A program made the translations under genes and the position numbers. Shown here one piece after another: positions 30,571 to 39,748 of a stretch of DNA of 54,808 nucleotides (position 1 is the first letter of the stretch; each line of letters starts with the position of its first letter). Source of the stretch: an uncultured Chloroflexota bacterium. GTDB taxonomy: Bacteria; Chloroflexota; UBA11872. A model generated the notes under the pieces. That model searched no databases. It had not been told where the DNA came from and was given only the letters and a program-made list of their open reading frames with translations. The stretch spans positions 24,528-79,335 of the forward strand of contig CAZFVB010000004.1 of NCBI GenBank assembly GCA_964522375.1, given 5' to 3'.

Positions 30571-31389
30571 TCATCTGGGAATGCCGATTATGTACGAAAG
30601 GGCCTTCGGGCCTGGCCCACTGGTTAGCCCCACCTGCCACTCAAATGACTTCGCAGGATTAGCTTGGCGTACGATGCGGCGAAGGCCATCTTGGTCATAT
30701 GCACGAAGAATTGAAACTGTCGCGTCCCACCAAATATAGAGAGGTATGAACGGCAACAGATAGGTGAAGATGAGCCTTGACCACCGAAACGGACGCACCC
30801 TGGGTGTTCCGATGAGGACCAGAAGAGGCACGAAAATGTTGAGGATGAGAGCCACCGGAAACAGCAAGTAGCCAATTGCCCGGGGAACCCGTTGAAGAAC
30901 ACCTGGGCCCCAGATATCAAATATGGCGATAGGCCGACCCTTCATCGTCAATCTGGTCAGCACTTGCACGGCGACATTCTCAGGAAAATGATGGAAGGCA
31001 AGCATCATGGTGTAGGCATCTGCACTGTCGGCCGCACCCCTAACAACGTCGGATGCCTCCGGGGAATATTGAAGGCGACTCCCGGACTCTCGAGCCAAGT
31101 AGTTCGCAGCCCGAAGGTTTGGGTATTTGTCAGAGAGGGTTATACGCACGTTGCCAACGCCAAGATCATCCAGTTGCGGCAACAGCGATAACCAACCGCC
31201 ACCAGACCCGGAACACAAGTCAACAACATGAGGACCATCCAAATCCTTGAGGAATCCGGCCATGCGGGTTGCTGCAGAGCGGTATAGCCCCATTCGCTCA
31301 GAGGTGAATCGGACCCAATCGGTGCCTAGATCACGAAACCATGACGGAACAAACGGAAGGTCCTCAATTTCAATGAGATGGGCCGGCAT
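30571..31389 (-). CDS. Class I SAM-dependent methyltransferase-like protein
   Basis: VVDLCSGSGG (motif I), LSDKYP and AFHHF motifs, hydrophobic insert. Confidence 0.75.
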   Translation of the reverse strand: MPAHLIEIEDLPFVPSWFRDLGTDWVRFTSERMGLYRSAATRMAGFLKDLDGPHVVDLCSGSGGGWLSLLPQLDDLGVGNVRITLSDKYPNLRAANYLARESGSRLQYSPEASDVVRGAADSADAYTMMLAFHHFPENVAVQVLTRLTMKGRPIAIFDIWGPGVLQRVPRAIGYLLFPVALILNIFVPLLVLIGTPRVRPFRWSRLIFTYLLPFIPLYIWWDATVSILRAYDQDGLRRIVRQANPAKSFEWQVGLTSGPGPKALSYIIGIPR

Positions 31390-31393
31390 TGGT

Positions 31394-32272
31394 CTAGCCC
31401 TCGGCCTCCGCCATGAACGCTTTTACAGATAAACGCACACGTTCCATATACACCGAGTAAGCGGTTGGCTCAAAACCAAGCTCGTATAAGAGTGGGCTCG
31501 GTTCATACCAGGCAAAGGCTTGCGAGTTTTCGAGGTAGGTAGCAATGTCCGCCGGAAGTCCAAGTGCCTCCAGGTAATCTCTGGCATACCGTTGTCCCGT
31601 GATGCGCCAGCTTTCCCCACCAGACACATGCACCACATGGCCTTCAGGTTTAGACAGGCCTGCGAGTCGCACAATGGCGTCGGCAACATCTTCAGCGAGG
31701 ACAAATTCCATGCGTTGCTCGCTTGTGAAAGGCCAGGGTTCGGGTGGCTCAAGAACCGCAGCTACAGCGACCCCTGAAATCCGAGCAATTGTTGCTGACG
31801 GCACCAGGTCCTTGACGACATGTTCCGCGGCAACCTTACTCTCGGCATATATGGTCGACGGGTTTATCGTGTGACTCGTCGAGACGATGGCATCTGACTG
31901 ATCGCAGGCCCCGTACACGACAACGGACGACGCAAATACAAGGTGCGGATCAGCCCCATGTCGTCGGACAGCATGCAACAGGGTTTCCGTACCCTCTACA
32001 TTCACACGGAACGTTTGCTCACGATTTCTTTCAGAGTGTGGAGGAAGAATGGCCGCCAGGTGGACCACGGTCTCCACATCAGCAATCACGTCTTGAAGAT
32101 CAGATGGTTTTGTGAGGTCGCCTTTGACCACCGTGACACCTTCGACCCCTTCCACGTGCGCGAAATCGGCCTGGGGAAGGTCGAAAGCCCGAACCTCAGC
32201 ACCTGAAGATGCCAGCATGCGAGAAACTTGCGTCCCAAGACGGCCAGCCCCCCCGGTCACAAGGATGCTCAC
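31394..32272 (-). CDS. NAD-dependent epimerase/dehydratase (extended SDR)
   Basis: TGGAGRLG, VHLAA, ASS and YAESK motifs. Confidence 0.9.
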   Translation of the reverse strand: MSILVTGGAGRLGTQVSRMLASSGAEVRAFDLPQADFAHVEGVEGVTVVKGDLTKPSDLQDVIADVETVVHLAAILPPHSERNREQTFRVNVEGTETLLHAVRRHGADPHLVFASSVVVYGACDQSDAIVSTSHTINPSTIYAESKVAAEHVVKDLVPSATIARISGVAVAAVLEPPEPWPFTSEQRMEFVLAEDVADAIVRLAGLSKPEGHVVHVSGGESWRITGQRYARDYLEALGLPADIATYLENSQAFAWYEPSPLLYELGFEPTAYSVYMERVRLSVKAFMAEAEG

Positions 32273-32302
32273 GTAGCCACTACTTTGCCGACAACAGCAC
32301 CA

Positions 32303-32614
32303 TTACGTAATTGCGATCCCTCCAGAGCCTGTTGTCTTTCCTTGCAGCTTAATCACAGACGCCTCCACAGCTTCGAGAGCGGCTAGATCTGACGAGGACC
32401 CATCACCATACGCGTCACTGGCTGCGGTAGCGGACCGTGAAACAGCTGCTGTAAATGGCACCGCGAGGGCACCCTTGATAAACACGTGACTTTGAACCTC
32501 TTCCAGGGCCGCAACGAGCGTTTGCAGTCGTTCAGCCATAGCCCCTGAATGGTGTGGAAGTAACGCAACAAGCAATGTGTGAGCTTCAATCACCTGGTCC
32601 TCGGCGCGACTCAT
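32303..32614 (-). CDS. Hypothetical protein (103 aa, helical)
   Basis: Fills the gap between the DUF362 gene and the epimerase in a co-oriented operon. No recognised motif. Confidence 0.6.
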   Translation of the reverse strand: MSRAEDQVIEAHTLLVALLPHHSGAMAERLQTLVAALEEVQSHVFIKGALAVPFTAAVSRSATAASDAYGDGSSSDLAALEAVEASVIKLQGKTTGSGGIAIT

Positions 32615-32624
32615 AGATTCCCCT

Positions 32625-33962
32625 TTACATCACCGCTTCAATATCAATTTCAGTCTTACGATCAAATCCAAGGCCGTCATGCCGTTCTTCAGGGAACGGG
32701 TTCTCTCGTTGGAACAACGGCCCATACTTGAGTCCAATCTTCCGACGGTCCATTGGGTCAAGATACGCATCGTTGGTGTCGTGCGGTTCCACCTCGACCA
32801 ACTCGTACTCTGTACTGCCCAATCCATTTTTTACGGCGGTTTTGAGTTGGATTTCCTCGCTCATTCCAATCACGTCCGGCGAAACACCTGACGCATGCGC
32901 AAACTTGTGGTCGCCCGCTCCCATCACGCCCCAATCGTCGGCAGCAGATCCAGGGGTGCCCTGTGAAGCCACCACGGCATCAAGGCATGCCTGGTCAAGC
33001 GCTACCGGATCTCGGCCAGCAAAAATGCCGATGTGGGGAACGAGCGCAGTGTCAGCGTGATCCACGCAATCACACCGGGGTGATATGTCGATGGCAAAGT
33101 TGAGGAATCCAACCTTGCCCTTGAGAGCTTTGACCGCGGCCAGCGCGCCATCCGCCATAGCTGCCTGCGAGGCCGCGTAATACTGAATCGGGGTTTCCCA
33201 TACACCGTTACTTACCATCAAGCCCAGACAGCCGAGACAACTGGTGCACTTGTCCCGATGCCTCTGGTAAGAGCCGTTGTTTTTCTCAAGGGCGCCGTAC
33301 GGACACACATCAGGAATGGCATTGAGGACGGCATCGTTGACATGTTCAGGGTGTTCAATAACCGTCGCTGGAAGACTGTAGGTGGGATGACCTCCCATAT
33401 GCACGTTGTACTTACCCCGCTTTGACTGGGCACCAATACCCATGTTCTTGATGGATCCCCCGACCATGCCCAGGGGATGGCCCTTAAAGTGCGTAAGCAC
33501 AATGGCCGAATCGGCCAGGGCGAGCGCCTTCGCTATATAGGCCTCCTGGAGGATGTAGCCCTCTGGCAAATCCACATGAACATCATCGGTGCCATTGAAT
33601 CCGTCAGCGGCGATAAAAGGAGCCCCTAGAGTTGCCGAGGTGAACCCGTTGCGCTCGGCCACCCGCATCAAGTCCGGCGCAGTGACTCGGTCAGCGGTAG
33701 GGCTGTATGTCTACGAGGAGGTGTCGCAAACAAACGGCTTACCGCCAAGTTCTTTGATCCGATCGCATATTGCACGTGCGTATACCGGACGTAGATAGGC
33801 CGTGTTATTCCATTCACCACAATGGATTTTGCCCGCCACAATATCGCCAGGATTGACGAGATCGTCGTACCCGGCAGCTTCAAACAATCGAAGCGCTTGA
33901 GCCACTAGCCCCGTCTGGGTTGAGTGACTCCGCATCTCCATGGTGTACACGGTTGATGGCAT
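32625..33962 (-). pseudogene. DUF362 (COG2768-type) Fe-S protein interrupted by an in-frame TAG at codon 84
   Basis: Track ORFs 33711-33989 and 32625-33671 are in the same frame. Continuous reading gives ...GKIHCGEWNNTAYLRPVY...GGKPFVCDTSS*TYSPTADRVTAPDLMRVAERNGF...HFKGH...KNMGIG...CPYGA...CTSCLGC. TAG at 33711-33713. Confidence 0.8.
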
Positions 33963-34036
33963 CGGATATCTCACAGGTCGTCGGTTCACGGGTATCTTAC
34001 GCTAAGCTCGAGATGAGGTAGATCCACGGAGGCTGT

Positions 34037-34975
34037 ATGACTGGTCGAGGCCCACATTGGCACGGTGTACTACCGGCCACTCTATGTCCCTTCAAACAAG
34101 ATCTCTCAATCGATGAGGTCGAACTCGCCCGATACACGCAATGGCTCTGCGGCCATGACGGCATCCGAGGCCTCGTTTGTAATGGCCACACAGGTGAATG
34201 CGGATCCCTGTTGCCCGAAGAACGAGCCGATGTAACGCGCATTATGGCCGAAGCCGCCAATGGTGCTGTTCCAGTCATAAGTGGGATTACGGCGGAGGGA
34301 ACCGCAGAAGCTGTTCGCCTAGCCGAGCACGCCCAAGATGCTGGCGCTACGGGCATCCTTGTGATGCCACCCCACATGTGGCTGCGTTTCGGCCGACAAC
34401 CCGATGCCGCGTACCACTACTTTAAGGACATTGCGGCTTCGACTGACCTGGACATCATCGTGCACCAGTACCCATTGTGGACAAAAGCACACTACTACAC
34501 AGAAGAATTGCTAAAGATTTGCACCCTCGACGAAGTCGTAGCTGTAAAAAATGGGGATCGAGACCTGGCACGCTACGAGTTCAACGTCAGGGCTATGCGA
34601 AAAGAAGCTCCGGACGTCGCGATTCTAAGTTGTCACGACGAATACCTAATGGCCACCTTGCTCGTCGGAGCTGATGGAGGCCTCGTCGGATTCGCTGGCT
34701 TCGTGCCTGAACTCATCACCGCGCTCGTGAAGGCCTGCCTAAGTGGGAATTATCCGGAAGCCCGGAATGTTCAAGATCGTATCTTTCCGCTGACTCAAGC
34801 CGTGTATCGACTCGGTGAACCATCTGCCACTGCCCACGCACGAATGAAAGAGGCCATGGTGATGCTTGGTCGGCTTCCGAACGCCATCACGCGGCCTCCA
34901 GTGATCGCTATGGACGACGAGGAACGGGCAACCATCAGAGATTGGCTCGAACAAGCTGGCATGTTGGAAGGCTAG
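34037..34975 (+). CDS. Dihydrodipicolinate-synthase (DapA/NAL) family lyase/aldolase
   Basis: NGHTGE, conserved Tyr region (VHQYP) and Schiff-base Lys (VAVKNGD). Confidence 0.9.
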   Translation: MTGRGPHWHGVLPATLCPFKQDLSIDEVELARYTQWLCGHDGIRGLVCNGHTGECGSLLPEERADVTRIMAEAANGAVPVISGITAEGTAEAVRLAEHAQDAGATGILVMPPHMWLRFGRQPDAAYHYFKDIAASTDLDIIVHQYPLWTKAHYYTEELLKICTLDEVVAVKNGDRDLARYEFNVRAMRKEAPDVAILSCHDEYLMATLLVGADGGLVGFAGFVPELITALVKACLSGNYPEARNVQDRIFPLTQAVYRLGEPSATAHARMKEAMVMLGRLPNAITRPPVIAMDDEERATIRDWLEQAGMLEG

Positions 34976-34999
34976 CGCTAGTTAGTGCAGGACGAATCT

Positions 35000-36844
35000 T
35001 CACCGATAAGCCCGTGCCTGCATTTCAAACAAGTGCGCGTACTGCCTTCCGAGTTCGATGAGATCTTGATGGGTTCCATGTTCAATATCGCGACCCTCAT
35101 CAAGCACAAGGATCTGGTCAGCCATTCGGACCGTTGTAAAACGATGCGAGATTAGAATCGCCATCTTGTCTTCAGCCAGTGCACGAAATTGCTCAAAAAC
35201 CTCATGCTCGCTCTGCACGTCGAGTGACGACGTTGGTTCGTCGAGAACCAACATCTGGGCATCACGCATAAAGCCCCTCGCCAACGCAATCTTTTGCCAC
35301 TGGCCAATCGAAAGGTTTACGCCTCCACGGAACCATCGGCCTAATTGGGTGGCGTACCCCTTGGGAAGGTCCGTAATGACATCTGCGGCCCCGCTACGCG
35401 CCGCCGCATGTTGGACTCGAGTCAGATCGTCGATATCAGGCAACGATCCATACCCGATGTTGGTCTGGGCCGTCTCCTGATACTTCCCATAATCCTGGAA
35501 AATTACACCGATTTGCGTCCGGAGGTCATCGACGTCATAGTCGCGGATATCGAGTCCATCGATCAGGATCTGGCCAGCGTCCGCATCATAGAATCGGGAA
35601 ATGAGTTTCACTAAAGTAGTCTTGCCTGCGCCATTAGCCCCGACAAGGGCTACGGATTCACCCGGTGCAATCGTAAAGGAGACGTCCCGCAAGACAGGGG
35701 CGTTGGTTCCTGGGTAACTGAAGGTCACATTCCGAAACTCGAGACCTGTAGCCAGTGGTCGATTAAGCTTTTTACCTCCCGGGCGAGCCTGTATGCGGGG
35801 TTGAAATTCCAGAAACTCGAAAAAATTGTTTACGAAAAGGCCGCGTTCGTAAATACGCGTAACACCCTGTAAGAGTTGGTTGCTCGCATCAACGGTCTGT
35901 TGATACGCCACGTAATACGTTCCCAGCGCCCCAATGCGAAGAAAGCCCTGAACCACCTGGTACGCCACAAAGGTAAAGACACCCGCGCTCGACACGGCTC
36001 CTATACCTTGGAGGAAGGCAGTCGCTCGGCTACTCCGAAGCGTAAGACTTCGGTTTTCTCGAAAGAACTTTTCGAATGTTTTTCGATATACCCGGATTAA
36101 GTGTCGGCCAAGACCAAAGATTCTGAGTTCCTTGATGTAATCATCGTTAGTGATCAGCCATCGGAAATACCCGAGCTTCCGAACTTCAGGTGACCGCCAC
36201 GTCTGGAGACGAAAACGCTCCCGCCCGTACTTGATCTCCACAAGAAGTGCTGGCGTGGTGGTCACGAGCACCACCAGGACAATCCACCACGAAATCGAAA
36301 AAAGAACCACCGCCAGCGTCAACAAGGCTATTGCTTGTTGCACCACACCAAAAGATTCCGAGACGATTTGCATGGGGCCCTCGCGGGCTTCGCGTTGTGC
36401 GTTTTCCAACCGGTCATAGAAATCCGAATTCTCGAAATAGGAGATATCCAGCTCTTCTGATTTCTCGAGGATCATGAGATTTGTCCGATTGCTAAAGAGA
36501 TCACCGAGTATCGAGCTGACTGCTCCACGGCCGGCGCGAAGCAGGAATGCCGCAAGAACCACAGCTGCCTGAATCCCTACCAGCAGCGCAACACGATCAA
36601 ATGATCCTCCTCCAACACGAATGGCATCATCGACGGCCGTCAGGACAGCGCCTAACAGATATGCCGTCGCCGCAGGCGCAAAGGCACTGGCGACAGTAAA
36701 TCCGAGCAGCAGACCTGTGAGCTTCGGACTTGTCGTCCACACAAGACGGAATACACGGAGCGCGTTGAAAAACGCTTCATTTGCGCGAGCCACCGTAAAT
36801 TCGGCCTGATCAGTCATGCCGCCGCGATGCATGTAATCCACCAC
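35000..36844 (-). CDS. ABC exporter, fused permease/ATPase
   Basis: GANGAGKT, LSIGQWQK and LVLDEPTS motifs, N-terminal TM domain. Start may be ATG 36817. Confidence 0.92.
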   Translation of the reverse strand: MVDYMHRGGMTDQAEFTVARANEAFFNALRVFRLVWTTSPKLTGLLLGFTVASAFAPAATAYLLGAVLTAVDDAIRVGGGSFDRVALLVGIQAAVVLAAFLLRAGRGAVSSILGDLFSNRTNLMILEKSEELDISYFENSDFYDRLENAQREAREGPMQIVSESFGVVQQAIALLTLAVVLFSISWWIVLVVLVTTTPALLVEIKYGRERFRLQTWRSPEVRKLGYFRWLITNDDYIKELRIFGLGRHLIRVYRKTFEKFFRENRSLTLRSSRATAFLQGIGAVSSAGVFTFVAYQVVQGFLRIGALGTYYVAYQQTVDASNQLLQGVTRIYERGLFVNNFFEFLEFQPRIQARPGGKKLNRPLATGLEFRNVTFSYPGTNAPVLRDVSFTIAPGESVALVGANGAGKTTLVKLISRFYDADAGQILIDGLDIRDYDVDDLRTQIGVIFQDYGKYQETAQTNIGYGSLPDIDDLTRVQHAAARSGAADVITDLPKGYATQLGRWFRGGVNLSIGQWQKIALARGFMRDAQMLVLDEPTSSLDVQSEHEVFEQFRALAEDKMAILISHRFTTVRMADQILVLDEGRDIEHGTHQDLIELGRQYAHLFEMQARAYR

Positions 36845-37035
36845 CTATATGAGTCGAGAACTAGCCTACGGTGCGTAGCTTGGGGTAATCGAATGCTTCC
36901 ACGATGAAGATCCGCTTACGGCAACTATCTTGTTGACCGCAAGAGACCGAATTGAAGGTAGCGTTAGCTAGCCAGAGAAGGCATCGTTAGCAAACCGTCG
37001 CCGATAAACCAGAGTCTCACCGGAAGGAATTCAGA

Positions 37036-37677
37036 TTAGCCGGTCTCTTGTGTCCGAAGGGATGCAATGCCAACCGCAACAGTTATCACCGTAAATCCGA
37101 TCCAAGAGACAAGACCTATCACTGAGTTGTCGACCCAGACATTCACAAACAGCAGTGCTCCAGCCACCGCGAGGAGCCATCCCAAAATGACAGGGAGCAT
37201 CTTTTGGAAGGCCATCGCTATGCCCAGCGAAACAAGACCAAGGCCCCAGAGGACACCAAGCCCGGAGCCAATCTCTGTCGCAATCATCAACGTTGTTGAT
37301 CCGGCGTCAAATCCTAATCCTTCCTTCAGCGCTACATCTGGTGCTCCCTTGGTTAGCCCCCAGTTGGCAAGACTCACGCCGAGCACGGCAGGGAAAATAA
37401 CCGTTGAGGCCGACCCGAGGGCTGAGCCGGCGCCCGAGCCTGCCCGAGCTTCAAGTGCGAGCATTCCGAAGCCAACAAGTACAGCAAAGAACGACACACC
37501 CCCAAGGAGTCCAGTAAGGGATGCGGCAAACCTGTTGTCAAGAGTTGCCTGCAAAACAACGCCTGGAAGATCATCCTGGCCTGTACCCAGTAATGCAGTA
37601 CGTAGGAACCCAAAGATTAAGAGCAGTCCAATAGGACCAATCGTCAAGAACCAGCCAGCAAGCTTACGGGTACTCAC
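37036..37677 (-). CDS. Hypothetical integral membrane protein (about 6 TM helices)
   Basis: Multiple hydrophobic segments. GTG 37677 after GGGGA (the track starts at 37722). Directly downstream of grdA. Confidence 0.7.
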   Translation of the reverse strand: MSTRKLAGWFLTIGPIGLLLIFGFLRTALLGTGQDDLPGVVLQATLDNRFAASLTGLLGGVSFFAVLVGFGMLALEARAGSGAGSALGSASTVIFPAVLGVSLANWGLTKGAPDVALKEGLGFDAGSTTLMIATEIGSGLGVLWGLGLVSLGIAMAFQKMLPVILGWLLAVAGALLFVNVWVDNSVIGLVSWIGFTVITVAVGIASLRTQETG

Positions 37678-37790
37678 GTGTTTCCCCAGATCTCTCGTGA
37701 CAATGGAGTGTTTCTTGACCAAAGTCTATGACCAGCGGTCACCCCATTCAAACAGGTCGCTAGCAGACACCAATCTTGCTCACTAGGTGA

Positions 37791-38258
37791 TTACAGTTCC
37801 GTCGCCCTGGCACGAACCCCTTGTACGGCTTCCGCGATGTCCTCAACGTCCAGGGCCATTTCAGCGAGTCCGACCTCCGCTTCATAGACCGAGGGTTCAA
37901 CCTGTTGGGAAATTTGGTGCTCAGTGATGTGGTAGACGGGAAGGTTGAGATTGGATCCGGCGAGCGGACCAGCCCATGTCGGATCACCGGTCGTCATGGT
38001 TTCGGCATACAAGGTGCTGCTTTCCGGTGTTGGTGTTCCCAGGAGGACCACCGTATCGTCGCTACCTACCTGCTCCAGTGTTCTTTGAATCTCTGCCTGA
38101 CCGTCCAGGTCAAGTCCGCCAGAGGCTGTTCAGATAAAGCAGTGCGTGAGTTCGAGGATCACTTCAGCGCCCACGCTTCGGGCACATTCGCCAATGGCCG
38201 TGCCGGGCACCCCATCTCGTTCACCAAGCGCAATGATCTTTTTGCCTCGAAGGTCCAT
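37791..38258 (-). CDS. grdA: Glycine/sarcosine/betaine reductase selenoprotein A (155 aa, Sec43)
   Basis: Manual translation: MDLRGKKIIALGERDGVPGTAIGEC...THCFI-U(TGA 38130-38132)-TASGGLDL...AETMTTGDPTWAGPLAG...LPVYHITE...EMALDVEDI. Shows the GrdA CxxU motif and the GDPT(F/W)AGPLAG signature. AAGGA precedes the ATG. The track shows only the last 86 aa. Confidence 0.95.
38091..38124 (-). promoter_or_regulatory. SECIS-like hairpin of grdA
   Basis: After UGA: CUCUG-GCGGA-CUUGACC-[UGGAC]-GGUCAGG-CAGAG. 7-bp upper stem, 5-bp lower stem, apical loop starting 23 nt after the UGA with G at position 2. Confidence 0.8.
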
Positions 38259-38287
38259 GTGCTGATCCTTGTTCTTTCTGCCGACCA

Positions 38288-39748
38288 CTAGAAATTCTGA
38301 TCAGGGTTAGATTCTAATATAAGCGAGAGACCATCAGACAGCTGGGTCATACGTCCAAGAAAAAGACTCCCTTTCGCGAGGAACATCACGCGTCTCAGAT
38401 CCCTATGTTTTAGCCCCTCGATTGCGTGCGCCATGTACGGGATGGCGGACGCAATATGTCCTTGCGTAGGAGAAAACCCGGGTAGGCCACGAGCCCGGAC
38501 AAACTCATCCCGGTCACTGCGGTCAATCTCACCACGAATAGCCGCTAGGCCGGCAAGCAGACGATAGTTACGCATGGCAACATCGCCGCTCCCCGAGGGT
38601 TCGGTAATGTCCGGATCATGAAGTTCCGTGGCAAAGCGATCGATGTCTGAAAACTGCAAGTCCGCGCTGGCCAGCGGCTTTGCTACGAGATGCTCCAGTA
38701 TTGCCTGTTGTGACGAGCCAGCCGCCACTGGGTGTTTCCCAATGACGTCCATACGCAGGAGGGGCGACACCCCATCATCGGCATCAAGCAGCATGGCGAC
38801 GCCTACCAGCACGTCTTCCAGAACAGGCATTTCGTGCTTAAGGTGACCTTGGAATTTCATGCCAAGCTTGGCCAGTGAAGCTCCACCAACCACGACAACC
38901 TTGGATTCAACACCTGCCGCAATGAGTGACGCGCCAAGCATCAGCGCATGTACTGGACCGCAGCAAAAAGCCTTCGTATCCGACCCTGTGGCTGTGTCGC
39001 AACCACACATTTCCGCGATGGCTTTCGCTAAGTTGCCTCCACCGCGCTGATACCGTTCACCCACAGCTTCCTCGCCACTGTTCAGCACATAATCGATCGT
39101 GGATGGATCCTCCCCGGAATCCCGAAGAAGTGACCGCAGAGCAAAAGCTCCCGTCGTCTTGCATGCAAGATTCTCCAGCAATACGGCAGCGCTCAGACTC
39201 TCGTCTTCATCGTGATCTCGGCTAATACATCCGACCAGATCGCCGTCGGGTCGAAGAAGGGGCAACGCGGTCCCCGCTGCCACCTGCTGTTGAATCGCCT
39301 TACGTGGGTGGCCAGACTCCAAGCAGGCTAGATCAGCAACTGTCACCAGGGGATTGCCCTCTAAAGACTCTCTAATCTGGGCTGCAAACACCTCCTCGAG
39401 CCACACTAAATCAAAGCGATCGGAAACCTTTAGGAGGCCAAAGAATTCATCTCCGGAAACAATCTGGCCGTGGGGATGTCCTTGTTGAGCCTCACCATCA
39501 AGATGACGGTAATACGGTCGCTTCCGATCCCAAAGTCGCTCCGGCGTCAAACTCCCTAACAAAGCACGGTGCGGCGGGTATCGAGCCGCATCCTCGAAAC
39601 TTCGAAGAGAGGCCGCGAGTTGTCCTTCGAGCGTCGCATCTTTTTGGAGTTCCCGTACTGGCTTTGATCCATATCGAACCAGGCCTGGCGTGTGCGCCAC
39701 GAAGAACCGGGCGGCCTTGATAACGGGCCGTGGCTGACTCGTACTCAA
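38288..39748 (-). CDS. grdC: Glycine/sarcosine/betaine reductase component C subunit beta (FabH/thiolase-like fold)
   Basis: HTPGLVRYG, HDEDESLSAAVLLENLACK, SGEEAVGERYQRGGGNLAKAIAE, FCCGP, GFSPTQGHIASA and KGSLFLGRMTQLSDGLS motifs. TTGA overlap with the upstream gene. Confidence 0.93.
   Translation of the reverse strand: MSTSQPRPVIKAARFFVAHTPGLVRYGSKPVRELQKDATLEGQLAASLRSFEDAARYPPHRALLGSLTPERLWDRKRPYYRHLDGEAQQGHPHGQIVSGDEFFGLLKVSDRFDLVWLEEVFAAQIRESLEGNPLVTVADLACLESGHPRKAIQQQVAAGTALPLLRPDGDLVGCISRDHDEDESLSAAVLLENLACKTTGAFALRSLLRDSGEDPSTIDYVLNSGEEAVGERYQRGGGNLAKAIAEMCGCDTATGSDTKAFCCGPVHALMLGASLIAAGVESKVVVVGGASLAKLGMKFQGHLKHEMPVLEDVLVGVAMLLDADDGVSPLLRMDVIGKHPVAAGSSQQAILEHLVAKPLASADLQFSDIDRFATELHDPDITEPSGSGDVAMRNYRLLAGLAAIRGEIDRSDRDEFVRARGLPGFSPTQGHIASAIPYMAHAIEGLKHRDLRRVMFLAKGSLFLGRMTQLSDGLSLILESNPDQNF

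Noticed and set aside
33711-33713. Pyrrolysine recoding of the DUF362 amber codon
   Set aside because: Not supported as a call. TAG is the ordinary stop of valS, yhaM, ribB, grdC, korB and others here, no pyl genes are in the window, and a point change from Leu explains it more simply.
37067-37786. 239-aa plus-strand track ORF, and the many other overlapping antisense ORFs in the track
   Set aside because: They are shadow frames of motif-supported genes on the opposite strand and carry no family signatures.
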